Below, in pieces: positions 24,625 to 37,555 of a stretch of 64,000 bases of DNA. The DNA is from Octopus bimaculoides. Lineage: Eukaryota. Where the stretch lies: NCBI RefSeq assembly GCF_001194135.2, contig NC_068986.1, positions 9,417,946-9,481,945 on the forward strand. Reading direction: 5' to 3'. Position 1 is the stretch's first letter. Each line of letters begins with the position of its first letter. Both the position numbers and the translations under genes were made by a program. The notes below the pieces were generated by a model. The model searched no databases. It saw only the letters and a program-made list of their open reading frames with translations, and was not told the DNA's origin.

Positions 24625-25949
24625 GTAGGTAACTGGATGTTATCTGATAATCTTGTATGTTTTAATTAATGTATGGTGATTTTTTTTGTTCCCCCACTTA
24701 AATCTCAATTATTTCCTGTCGTTGATGTAATTGTGATAATATCTTACTTCTAATCTCTATCATTTATTACAAACAACCTCATTCATAATTTTGAACTTTA
24801 CCATATTTACCTTCTGTAGCAAAGTCCTTTTTTTAAACCTCATTGGTCTTGTAGCTCCACCAAGTTCTTTCTTTTACCAAATTTTTCTGTAAGTATGCAC
24901 ATGAAACAAAACTTGGTTTTGATACTGCACTGAAAGTTCTTCTAGAATAATCTAACACAATTGCCTTTAGATGTTAAATTCACTACAACTTTATTTCCAA
25001 CTGCTATGGTATTTGTTCTTGTGATCCAATTTTACAATTACCATATTTATTCTTGCTGCCAAGTTTTACAGTAGCTTTTTTTTAAACCTTGTATCTCAGT
25101 GTTTTCGTTTATGGTAAAATTTGAAGGTAACTATAATAGTACAACTATATTGATGCTATTTTAAGGGTTATATCGTTTTACTTCCAGTAGAATTTCTGAC
25201 TGTAATAAATTGTCTTGAAGGAAAACGATAAGCACTTTCGAGAGAGGTTTATGAATTTAGTGTTTGAGAGTTTCTCTTTGTATGTGTGCGTGAGAGGAAT
25301 GGGTCTATTCTTTCATTTCCTTTAATTAACTCTGTTAAGTTATTTACTAAATATTTGAACAAACTGCTACTTGAAGAATATAAATTCTCCAAGAATCTGA
25401 CAAAACTTAGATTCTCTGAGAATGCTTTAAATAGATATTTCTTTTTCACTGACCTACTTCTGAAAGCTTGTCATTCATAACTGGTTTATAGAAGTATTTG
25501 GAAAGAAATGTCATTATTCAGACTGACTTTCAATAGATAGGAAAAAAAAAAAACAGGTTTGATGGCTTCACTGGATTTGTAGCCTGTAGCTTTCATAGAA
25601 CACATGATTTTTAAGGTGGGTGTTGTATAAGAGCTTTAATTTTGATCTGGAAAACTTCAAGAGTATGTTCAATGCCTAGCATTTTATGATTCCTTGAAAC
25701 CTGGGTTTGTACAATGTCTTTTATTGTACTTTTGCTTGAAAGAAAGGGTATTTTTATGGCAGTGTGATCAGTAACAAGGAAAATGTAGTACACATTGGTT
25801 TCTGGAATATTTTCTTAGAGTTCCATAAACAAAACTGATTGAAATTAGTTGTGAGATCCTCATTTAAATGTCTCTATAAAACAAAACTCATTTTTGAAGA
25901 ATCTTGCCAATCACTAAAAACATTAAATTTTCTTTTTTCATATTTTCAG

Positions 25950-26173
25950 TTTCTTCCTTCCTTTTCTGTAACTCTTTCATTTTCTTATCCAAGTTTCTTC
26001 CTTCCTTTTCTGCAACTCTTTCATTTTCTTATCCAAGNNNNNNNNNNATTTCCTTATCCAAGTTTCTTCCTTCCTTTTCTGTAACTCTTTCATTTTCTTG
26101 AATTTCCTTATCCAAGTTTCTTCCTTCCTTTTCTGTAATTCTTTCATTTTCTTGAATTTCCTTATCCAAGTTT
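25950..26173. repeat. Pyrimidine-rich minisatellite (44-54 bp units, about 4 copies, with a 10-N gap)
   Basis: Repeated tttcttccttccttttctgtaactctttcattttctt(gaatttcctt)atccaag. Confidence 0.9.
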
Positions 26174-26480
26174 TCTTACAAATCCCAAAGCTCTTTCAAA
26201 GTACCTTTATAGGTTCTAGTTTTCTCTGGTTTGTTTTTCTGGTATCAACTGTGAGAAAACCAATAACTTTATCACACTGAAATAGGAAAAAACATCAAAA
26301 ACCATAACTTTTGTTTATTATTTAAACAAATCTATTCCCTTAGGTTTCTAGTGATGAAACAATTGTACTTTGCTCTGTTTAAAACAATCATCTTTGATGG
26401 TAATTAATAGTTTATTTGTAACTAAAAAAAAGTCTTTTATTTTTGTATTTTTTCTGAAGTCTGTACCATTTCTGTTCCAG

Positions 26481-26513
26481 CTGAAGAAGTGATCAGCGAT
26501 GCTGATATCGATG
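26481..26513 (+). CDS. Microexon 13 (33 nt), AEEVISDADID
   Basis: tttctgttcCAG acceptor, TG|GTACGT donor. Confidence 0.85.
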
Positions 26514-26749
26514 GTACGTAACTAGACAGTCCTGATCATTTCATAACCATACTTGCTTCTAGTGATTAATACTATTTGATTAGCTCGTAGAAAAATACAA
26601 CTGTAATACCTCTTTGAACCTTGCAACCCCAAAATTTATAAATGCAGTTTACAAAAGATCTTCATTTAAATATAAATAATTTAAGTATAAATAGCCAAAC
26701 AATTATTCTGTGCTGATGAAGGGAAATAACCTGGAAATCGCGATGCACA

Positions 26750-26970
26750 GATATTGTTTCGAGCTGAGTTGGGGTGCTAGATTCCCTTGTTCAAAAATAT
26801 AAGGACACAGATCATGTCTTATAGCCAGCTGGAGATGATGTCTCCTGGGGCTAAATTACAGCAACATTTGTCCTAAATCAGGACTGCCATGTTATGTTGG
26901 CAAACAATCTTTACTCCAAAATACTGTTGCTGAATATCGCTCGTGAGATTTACAAATAGTAATTTTCTAA
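26750..26970. repeat. Single-arm copy of the element at 8.7-9.0 kb
   Basis: About 200 bp highly similar to 8871-9037, preceded by the reverse complement of the 8821-8860 loop. Confidence 0.8.
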
Positions 26971-29642
26971 ATATAAATAAACCTACATATTCAAATATAT
27001 ATAGTCCTAAACAATAATCTAAAATATTTTGTTATCCCCAGTTCGCAATGTTGCTGTTAAATTAGACATTAATTCTTGATTCATAAAAAAAATACCAATA
27101 TAGATGAGAAGTTAGACAAGATATGTAAGGTGATGTCAATGAATAAAGACAAAGGACAAGATATTATATCACTCTATGTTGAATGCTTCTTTTATATTTT
27201 GGGAAAGCATTTCTTTAGCAAATACAAGACAGAAAATAACCCAGTAGTTCATAGAAAAAGTGTAATTATTGGCACGTCATTCTGGTGTATTGTGATTCTT
27301 AAAGGAAACTATTCTGAGATATAACCAAAGCATTAAACAATCTACATAGGGTGATATATCATCTTGTCTTTATTTATTGACATCATTTTACATATTTTGT
27401 CCAATTTATCTGTATTGTTTAAAGGTTTTCTTAAATATACTTACATCAATTAATAATCTATGTAACTATTTTCTCATACTGAACTTTTGATAAATTTTTA
27501 TAGCAATAATAATACTTCAAATATATTTTCAATGAAAAGTATTGAAATTTCTTATATAGTTAGATATAATTCAAAGACAGTGAAATTTTGATGCCAAAAC
27601 AATAAATCAATAATATTTATCTTTATTAATTAACAACATTTTACAAAATTTATGTATTTATATATGCTTGTGGTTTTAAATATCATATAATTTAGTTACT
27701 TTTTTTTAGTTTAAATCTGGCTGGAGTTGATAAAAAAAATACCAGAAATATATCGATTGCTTGCATTAATATTGATAATTATTTTTTATAACTATCATAC
27801 ATTGCAATCACTTTTATCAGTTTTAATTTTTCTGAGAAAGCTTTTGACAATTTTTACATAGAATGCTGTTTGGTAATAATTTTTGTTGAACATTATATCA
27901 TGACGTAGTTTACAAGGATTGTTATAAATTCAAAAAAATGCAAAATAATCTAGTTTTATTTATTCAAATTGTAAATGTCTATTGACTCTTAACTTCCTGT
28001 AAGACCTAATAGCATTTGGAGACTATATCAGTCAACTACTCCTGAAACACAGGATGTCACAAGATTCATACTAACCTTGTTCACATTCATTTTGAAGGGA
28101 GTAAGGAACTCTCTAATGCAAGGGAGAAGACTCTACTCTCTTCCTCTGTTAATTTATTGTTCTGTAATGGCATTATTACAGGAATGGGGTTTTCAAGAGG
28201 ATGTTGTTTAGAGTTAAAATAATTAGTTTTACTGTAATTATCCTCTAATGCAGTGGTTCCCAACGTGGAGCCTGAGAAAATTGTGGCAGGGCATGGTGCT
28301 GTGGTCACCAGGCACAAGGTTCTCATTAAAGTGATTCGCTTTTTTTTTTCTTAGTCAATAATGTACATTTTTTTGTTTGTATTCAGTACTTAATAAAAGC
28401 GTTGATAGATTCTTTTGTAGTAAATAATTGATGTAAAATATCAAAAATAAAGTTGTTGTTTTTTTCCCAACGACTGGTGGGGGCATACATTTTCCTGGAA
28501 AGTTATAGTGGAGCCTGGGGGGAAAATAGGTTAGGAAATAGCTTCATCTTCAAGCCTTTCTTCTTAATCTTAATACTTCATAGTGTTGCAAAAGAGGTCT
28601 GCTTATCTGACTGGATGATGATCATCTGGTGTCTTATTTTAGAATTGGTTAAGAACCATGAAAAATCCTTGGAAGGGTAGACTTGTGTTGTTGGTTCCTA
28701 ATTAGTTAGTTTCCAGGACAATAGAGTGTAATCTCCAAAAAAAAAAAAATGGTTTTGTTAGGAATGCAAGAAAGAAGGAAAAACAGGAATGTACTGTTTT
28801 ACATTTCATGCAAACAATGTCCAAGTGGTGCACTTCACTGCATAATAATATGCAGTGAATAATTTCTTTAGATGTAGTGAAGTATTATTACTTAAATGGT
28901 AAACTTAGAATTTCAGCTGTGACTATGACCTGCAGAGGGAAAGTTTAGAGAAGTGTTATTCTTGTTGACATTTGGTTGAGATTTCTATAAATCTTATACT
29001 GTACAACAGTGGTAGTGAGTGGGCATAAAAAAACCTACAGCAGTTGCCTAACAGCAGCTTCTGCAAGGCCTGTTTTATTGGTGTCAACAGTTATTGGAGA
29101 GAGAATGGTGTATGGAGGGGGGAGTTGTTATCACTGGGGTCCGTTATGTTGAATCTGTTACTATTGTCATTACTATAGATTATATAAACTTGAAGCTATT
29201 TCTATACTGACACTCCAATATCAGTCTGGGTGTGTGTATGTTACATTTGGAAACAAAGTATAACAAGACTCTATCATTCTATCTACAAGAACAATTATTA
29301 GGAAGAAAATTTACCATTTTGGGTGTGTGAGCAGTGTTCATTCGGTGGGCCTGGAATATATATTCCTGATAACCATGTGACTGCCCTAATTAAGTTGCGC
29401 ATGCTAGGTGGAGGTGAATTGTTTCTGTTGCAAAGATAGATCACAAGAAAAGAAATCCGATATGGCAACTTTGGTGACCATCACAAGTGAGATGATAAAG
29501 GATGAAGAAGCATCGTAAGATGCAGTCTTGCTCACCAATACAACCCGTATCAGAATGGTAAAACTTGCCATAAAAAGGGAATAATGTTAACATTACAATT
29601 AAATTTTAATCTTATAATAAATTTCTAAATTCTAAGTTGTTT

Positions 29643-29679
<37 letters not shown>

Positions 29680-29760
29680 GCTCACAATAATTTGTGCTGT
29701 GTATAAAATAGCTGACACTTTTTATACATATATATATAGATATCTTTTTTTTCTTATCAG

Positions 29761-29790
29761 AAGACAAATTTTCGGCACCAATTATTGTTG
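29761..29790 (+). CDS. Microexon 14 (30 nt), EDKFSAPIIV
   Basis: tctttttttttcttatCAG acceptor, TG|GTAGGT donor, GCATG at 29815-29819. Confidence 0.75.
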
Positions 29791-31269
29791 GTAGGTATTG
29801 AGTTGAAGCTTCAAGCATGGTGTTCTCCTACTTAAAAAACTATTTTGTGTAGTTTTTTTTTTTTTGTAAACTGATTAATTTTGCAGCTGTTTCTTGTATG
29901 TCAAAGATTTTGGGCTTATCTATCAATCTTAGAAAACTTAAAATGGTTTTATCATAAGTTTAATTATGCATGCAAATATTTTTAATCACTTAAAATCTTG
30001 ATGACTTTAAAATTACATTTCATATTAATATTACAACAACAACAAAAAACAAACAAGTAGAACACACACACACACACTCACTGCTTTTTTTAAAAAAATG
30101 TAGTTAAGACTGTTCCACTAAGAATGTTTGTGAAGAATGTTTGTCTTATTCAACAGAATTGATGTTTCTGTGGGTTTGCAATAATAATACTTTTATTAAT
30201 TATAGTAATGATGTCATTATCGTTACTGTGCTGTCATATATAATTTTTTCTTTATCAATTTCTGATGTTTCGTGTTAGTTAACAGTGATCTGTTTTATCA
30301 ATGAAGTCTTTAATCATAAGTCTTTAATCAGCACCCATTTGTGACACTTGATTAACATCTTATTTTCCTTACTAACCCAGTCTTCAGAGAGCAACAGCTG
30401 CATATTTGCTTAAGTAAAAGTTGGTCTAAGTTTCACACTATTTATTTATGTCTGTTTTTTCATGCTAGCATGGGTTAGATGAATATAATATTGAAGCGTT
30501 GTTTAATAGGCCAAAAGAACTGACACCCTTTCATAACTCACAACTCACAGAGCCCAAATGTAAACACAAACCTACACATATATGATAGGCTTCTTTCAGT
30601 TTCCTTCTATCAAATCCTCTCACAAGACTTTGGTTGGCCTGGGGTTATCATAGAAGACTCTTGCCCAAGGTACCACACAGTGGAAATGAACCCTTTGTTG
30701 TTTAACCTTTTGCACAGTATCTCTCTAGTTTTTCACTAATTTTCTGCTATTTTTTACACTTTCTTGTCAATAGTATCAACATTCTGAGACTAAACGTTGA
30801 TCTGCCTTTTCTTTTGCTTTCATTGCACTGCAGTCACGTGTGAAAGGTTTTACTCAAACATATCAACAGCAGTACTCATTTCTAAATCTGGTGCTTAATA
30901 GTCTCTGTTTGTTGTACTGCTAAGTTACAGGACAAACAAAACCAGAATTTGTTTTTTACAAAGCAATGTCAACATGCAGATATATATTTCTTTATTGGCC
31001 ACAGGGGTCTAAACACAAAGGGGACAAACAAGGACAGACAAAGGGATTAAGTTGATTACATTGATCCCAGTGCGTAACTGGTACTCTATTTATTGACCCC
31101 AAAAGGATGAAAGGCAAAGTCGACCTTGGTGGAATTTGAACTCAGAATGTGTGTGTGTATGCCTCTCCCCTCCCAACTGCTGCAGCCCAACACTGCTCTC
31201 TTAATTCTCTCTCCCTCTCTCCTGTCCTCCCTCTGCTAACTGTATCATTACTGTCACTTCTTTTCTATC

Positions 31270-31668
31270 TTTATATACCTGGTGCCAGTGGCATGTAAAA
31301 AGCACCATCCGAAAGTGGCCGATGCCAGTATCCCCTGACTGGCTCCAGTGCCGGTGGCACATAAAAGGCACTATCCAAATGTGATTGATGCCAAGGCTGC
31401 CTGATTGGCTCCTGTGCCAGTGGCACGTAAAAAGCACCATCCGAGTGTGGTTGATGCCAGTGCCGCCTGACTGGCTCCCCATATCAGTGGACATAAAAAG
31501 CAACCACTACACTCTTGGAGTGGTTGGCATTAGGAAGGGCATCCAGCTGTAGAAACACTGCCAGATCAGATTGGAGCCTGGTGCAGCCGCTGGCTTTCCA
31601 GACCTCAGTCAAACCATCCAACCCATGCCATGATGGAAAACAAATGTTAAACGATGATGATGATGATT
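31270..31668 (+). mobile_element. Repeat family C copy with about 3.5 units of 66 bp
   Basis: Unit starts at 31282, 31348 and 31414, followed by the family C body and (GAT)n tail. Confidence 0.85.
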
Positions 31669-31817
31669 TCATCTCTTACTGCATTCCCCACACCCTTTTG
31701 TACCTACATGAGCTCCTTACTCACATACCCTGAGCAATCCTTTATATCTACATCCTTTTACCTTGAGAGCACATCCTGGCACATTGTCACCATTTCTCTC
31801 ACTGCCCCTTACTCTTC

Positions 31818-31854
<37 letters not shown>

Positions 31855-33594
31855 TGGGGTAACCATGTATATCTCCTCTAGAGCAAGAGACCTGTTTCTG
31901 TGCCCCTATCCTAAGCTCTCCTCACCTGGCACAAAGCCATTTCCTTTAATACCACTTTTCCCATCTCAGCTGAGGGATCTTTGTCTTGCAAGTTATGTGA
32001 TCACCTCACCAGTGCCAGTCCGCTCTGTAAAATGGTTGGCTTTAGAAAGGGCATCCGGCTGTAGAAACCCTGTCAAGGCAGACAGTGGAACTTGGTGCAG
32101 TTCTCTGGCTTACCAGCTCCTGTCATGTATTGGTCAGCCCAAGGCCATCATTGTAGACTCTTGTTAAAGATTCCATGCGATGGAAGTGGCCATGTCTGCA
32201 TCCAAACACATATTTTACTTATTTTATTTCAATTTTCTTTGTAAGTGGAAATGAATGTATGCTGTTACTCTTCTGTAGACGTTGGAAGAACTTCCCTTCT
32301 GCTATGTCCAGGGGGTCTGGGGTTGCTTCCAATTCCTGACCTCAATTTTGTGTTTTTTATTGCTTCTGTAGTAAAAAATGGATAAAGCAGCTGCTCCATA
32401 CAGTTTATACAAAAAAATTATCTTTAAAGAGTTTGTTTTACCAAACTGGTTTCTGTAACTGATGCCGTGTTTATTTTGCATGATGATAATTACAATTAAT
32501 TAGTTGTTAATGACTGGTATTTTTGTTTAGTTTGGGTTTAATGTTTTTGATCAATTTATATTTTGGCATTTACTGTCATTGTTTTTCATCAGTTTTCCTG
32601 CAAAAATATCTCTTATGACTCTGCAAAATATTTCATTCGTGTTTGTCCATTTGTCAATTGAAACCAAATTGTGGCATCTTTTGAAAGTCATTTTGGCATC
32701 TAAATAGGTCTGATGATGATGAGAATTTCTTTTTGGTGAAGCAGTTTGGAGAGAAGAGATATTGAGGCAGTCCTTCAGCTGTTTGCAATTGTAAGGGGAT
32801 TAAGCATCCTTGCTCTAAGATATTCCTTTTCTGATTTCAGATTTTTTTGTTCTTTTGTTGCACCATTCCTCTTCATTTAGAAACTGGATTCTTGGTATTA
32901 TAAACTCAAATTGCAGCTAAAATCAATTTACAAAAAGGAAAATTTAGAAATTATTTTCTGAAAGTAGTGTATGACATCTGTCACAGATGTTAGTGAATAT
33001 TTTCTCTCTAAAATTGCGTGGCAATTTTGATGGATAGAATTTCTTTAACAAAATTTTCATTAATACTTTTGTCACCATGTTTCTGTTGAAATGCACTGTC
33101 TTTGTTTCAATTAATTTTGAAAATAATGAAGAATTGAAATGACTTTGCCATTATTTAGCTGCTGTTTGAAAAATGAATTAGCATGAAATTTCTGTAGATT
33201 TTAATTTAGATCAAGTTTTGAACAGGAAGTTTTTTATCATAAAAACAGGGGCAGCACCATGCAGGTTGGTATCAAAAGAACTAAACTGTTAATTGAAATT
33301 CTAAATTAGTTTTCATAATTTAGTTTATCTTTTAAAATTCTTTTTGCTAGTATACCTTTTGGTACAAAATATAACACAGTACATTCTTCTATTTTACTCC
33401 AGTTTGACAACTTTGTGACCAATAGAACCAATTCAGTTTTGGTTTTGTCAATTCTTATTTAGTTTCACTGAATATTGGAACCTAAAGCTTAAACTTCAAT
33501 TTCTTTACAAATCTGATCTTTTTTTTTTTTTTTGAGGAGACCTATTGAGTCAAGTACATCAACATCAAAATGAAATGAAATCACAATCAAATGG

Positions 33595-34002
33595 AAATTG
33601 TAGTTGTGTTCCCTGTGCCAGTAGCACGTAAAAAGCACCATCCGAACGTGGTTGATGCCAGCCCCCTCGACCTGACTGGATTCTGTGCTGGTGGCATGTA
33701 AAAAGTACCATCCGAACATGGCCGATGCCCGCACCACCTTGACTGGCTTCTGAGCCGGTGGTACGTAAAAAGCATCATCCGATCATGGTTGATGCCAGCC
33801 CCCTCTGGCCCCTGTGCCGGTGGCACGTAAAAAGCACCTACTATACTTTCAGAGTGGTTGGCATTAGGAAGGGCATCCAGTTGTAGAAACACTGCCAGAT
33901 CAGACTGGAGTCTGGTACAGCCTCCTGGCTTGCCAGTCCCCAGTCGAACTGTCTAACCCATGCCAGCATGAAAAACAGACGTTAAATGATGATGATGATG
34001 AT
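33595..34002 (+). mobile_element. Repeat family C (SINE-like, (GAT)n tail) with an internal 62-70 bp minisatellite
   Basis: ggttggcattaggaagggcatccag...aacccatgccagcatg..gacgttaaatgatgatgatg. Other copies at about 10497(-), 21660, 31270, 32020, 41590, 46745, 49955(-), 52815(-) and 56025(-). Confidence 0.85.
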
Positions 34003-34170
34003 ATTATAGAACAATATTGTCCTGGTAGTTAATGTCTTTAATTAACCAAACCTGTAATTTAAATGGTTGTGCTAACAAGAAAAGTTATCCTTGTTTCGTA
34101 ATTCAAGAATATACAGATCAGACCTAAGAGTTAGGAACTTCTTCCTATCAGTAGTTGGCTTTGTGCTCCC

Positions 34171-34211
<41 letters not shown>

Positions 34212-36419
34212 GTATAATTATTATTATTATTAAACTCTTCTCACTCTTCATGGCAGAAGTAGAGACAAGGAGAGAGTAAATATAAAACTCAATGATGGAA
34301 TTAATTCTTTCTTGATTTAGAAATTTGTTTAAATTTATGAAAGACAAACATTTCGTTAGACAAGGCAACAGTCTTTCCAGATTAACTTTACCAGAAAGTC
34401 TGCTATATATTGCCAAACTCATTAAACCAAGGTAAATCGAAATATCAGCAGTGAGGTTTGTGGCTCTAAAGCTGACAACATAATACTTTAATCAACTCAG
34501 TCATTTTTAAATGAAAATGTTTCACATCAATCTCATACTTTTTATAAAGTTAATAACAATTTTCTGTTTTGGTGATTTTTTTTTATCCAACACTGGGATT
34601 TTCCATCAGCATAGCCATGGGAGTCTCAGAGATAGCAAGTATTTAGCTGTAGCAGATAGTGCCTGCCATGAACTAAGAAAAGTTGGGCTGGCACCATTAA
34701 TTTAGTCACTTGGGAAAAAATGAATTCTATGGAAGATGTTTTCCAATAAACATTTCTTAAGCCTGCTACCTCCGTAACATCTTGAAAAATGGCTGAGTAG
34801 ACACCAGTTAGTATTCCATCAAGATTCTGTTAAGAACCAAATTAATGTTTGGATACTGACAGGAACCTTTAGTAGGTATTGAGGGAAATATTGTTATGAA
34901 GGAAGGCTATCTCAAAGATTTTAAATTGGGAAAAAGGTGTTTGATATATTTCATTCTTGAAAGAATTAAATATTTTTGTTTCAGAAGAGACTAGCTGCAC
35001 TTCAGATGTTTCTGTTGGTAAAATGGAATAAATTTTTTGGAAAAATAGCATTTGACTTGCTGAAGTAAATTACTTCTTGACTTTAGTTTAAGGAGAAGAA
35101 CGGGTTTGTTTCTTTACTCATAATTGCCCAATTCTCAAAGATAGGGGTTCTCAACTGCAGCCCTCAAGCATTCTTCCAGCAGCCCTTGATGGTCTTCCCT
35201 CTATAAATAGATTTTTCTTTAACTGACTTGTGTTTTATTTTTCTTTGGTGTACCCCCCAAAATAATCCAGGTTTTGGATCTAGCCCAGATATTAAAAAGG
35301 TTGAGAACCACTACTCAAAGATGTACGGACCTTATAGGTATTTTTGTAAGGAAGAAATATTTGGAAACAGCAAAGGTTTTCATATGAATAGGAATGAAAA
35401 GAAAATTGCAAGGACCACACAGGTAAATATACCAGGTAATAATCTTGGTAAACATACCAGGAGCATCAGGTAAATATATCAAGTAGATACCTTCTCTCAC
35501 AGAATCTATATAACATGTTTATTTTTTTAATTGATTGCAATATACTTTTGTCAACTGAAATATTTTTGTGAGCGACTTTCAATGTCTGTCGCAGAGACTG
35601 GTTTTTATTACAAAGACAAAAATGTTAGTCATTCAAATGATAAAAGACTATATGGACTTGTTTCATATCAATCTCATTAAAATATTTCAAATACTTAATT
35701 ACAGACTAAATTATCTTGGATGTTGTTAACTCTTTAATTATATTAATTAATATTAGTCTGACAAAGAGATCTGTCTCTCTATTGATTTTAATTTCTTGTA
35801 ACATCATAAACTATGTAAATTGTAAGTCGTTAGAATATATAATTATTGCCTCCCCCTATTAATAAAATTATTGTTATTAAAGTAGAAAGCTAGCAGAATA
35901 GTTAGCATGTTGTACAAAATGTTTACCATCATTTTGTCCATCTTTACAATCTGAGCTCAAATTCCACCATGATTGACTTTGCCTTTCATCCTTTCAAAGT
36001 TGATGGAATAAATACCAATTGAGCTCTGGAATCAGTGTAATTGATTAACCCCTCCCCTAAACTTTCAGGCATTGTACTTATAGTAGAAAAAATTATTATT
36101 ATTGAGGTGAGCACCATAAGAATAGCAGTATCAACATCTCAGAAAACCTAGTTAAACGTCTGGTCATTTCACAGATGTTAAAGAAAACACCATGAATATC
36201 ACTCCACATTTCTCTTTAGTTAAAATTCTCACTTTTTTTTAGAAATGCTAAACAAATGGAGTAGGGGAAAACAGTAGAGCACTGGCCTAAATACCATGCA
36301 ACATTGAGTTTTCTTTTTTGAATTTAAATCTTAAAGAGGGTAGCTTTCTTTTATCCATTATGGTTTCATAAAGTAGCTGTTATTTATTATTTTTACCTTC
36401 ACCTATGTAATATATATAT

Positions 36420-36472
<53 letters not shown>

Positions 36473-37555
36473 NNNNNNNNNNNNNNNNNNNNNNNNNNNN
36501 NNNNNNNNNNNNNNNNNNNNNNNNNNNNNNNNNNNNNNNNNNNNNNNNNNNNNNNNNNNNNNNNNNNNNNNNNNNNNNNNNNNNNNNNNNNNNNNNNNNN
36601 NNNNNNNNNNNNNNNNNNNNNNNNNNNNNNNNNNNNNNNNNNNNNNNNNNNNNNNNNNNNNNNNNNNNNNNNNNNNNNNNNNNNNNNNNNNNNNNNNNNN
36701 NNNNNNNNNNNNNNNNNNNNNNNNNNNNNNNNNNNNNNNNNNNNNNNNNNNNNNNNNNNNNNNNNNNNNNNNNNNNNNNNNNNNNNNNNNNNNNNNNNNN
36801 NNNNNNNNNNNNNNNNNNNNNNNNNNNNNNNNNNNNNNNNNNNNNNNNNNNNNNNNNNNNNNNNNNNNNNNNNNNNNNNNNNNNNNNNNNNNNTTTATAT
36901 TGAAAGAATAATAATTTTTAAAAGCAAGTCAGTGATATTAATGAAAACTAATCAGTGAAAATTCTTGTTTTCTTTCTTTAATTTATGTAAAAATCTTTGC
37001 AAGATGTATTTATAATGAAAATATAAAATTCTTTTATGTATTTTTCTTTTTTATCATTGAACGATGCCATTGTTGTTGTTGATGTTTAGCTTCAGGTTGT
37101 CCTAATCAAGTTGACAATCAAAAGCATCCTATCTTTTTCCTAGGTACACTGAATCCAGGAGACCACCTTATCCAACATGTCCCTTTTTTTTTTTCCCTTC
37201 CTCTAAGATGTTAGGGCATGGTATTTAACAATTATTTCTAGCCACCTGAACTACCACAGAGAGGTTTTTTCAGTGGGCTGGCTATTGAAAAACATTTCCT
37301 TGTTGATGTTGTCTTTGACTATCTCTGATCAGTGCTAATTTAAAACTGTTAATATTAGCAAAAAGGATGATAGAAAAAATGAAGTGGTTGGTCAATAAGA
37401 GTTTATCTTTGAAACCTTAACTTTTTTCAATTGAAGTCTGTGTATGTTTGTATGTATATGTATCTATGTATATATCTATATAAATAAAATACGAATATTT
37501 GTGGTGCGTCTGTTGAGCTAACATTCACACTCTTTATTCTCTACTTACCATGCAG

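Noticed and set aside
28098-28100. 3-nt candidate exon AAG|gga|GTAAGG after CTAAC
   Set aside because: Indistinguishable from chance without RNA data.
31282-31500. CRISPR-like repeat-spacer pattern
   Set aside because: Eukaryotic context, units are similar along their whole length with no unique spacers, and it is part of an interspersed repeat.
32881-32894. Microexon candidate TAG|aaactggattcttg|GTATTA
   Set aside because: 14 nt, not frame-preserving, weak donor.
34863-34871. 9-nt candidate exon with a GTAGGT donor
   Set aside because: No pyrimidine tract, and the branch-like motif abuts the AG.
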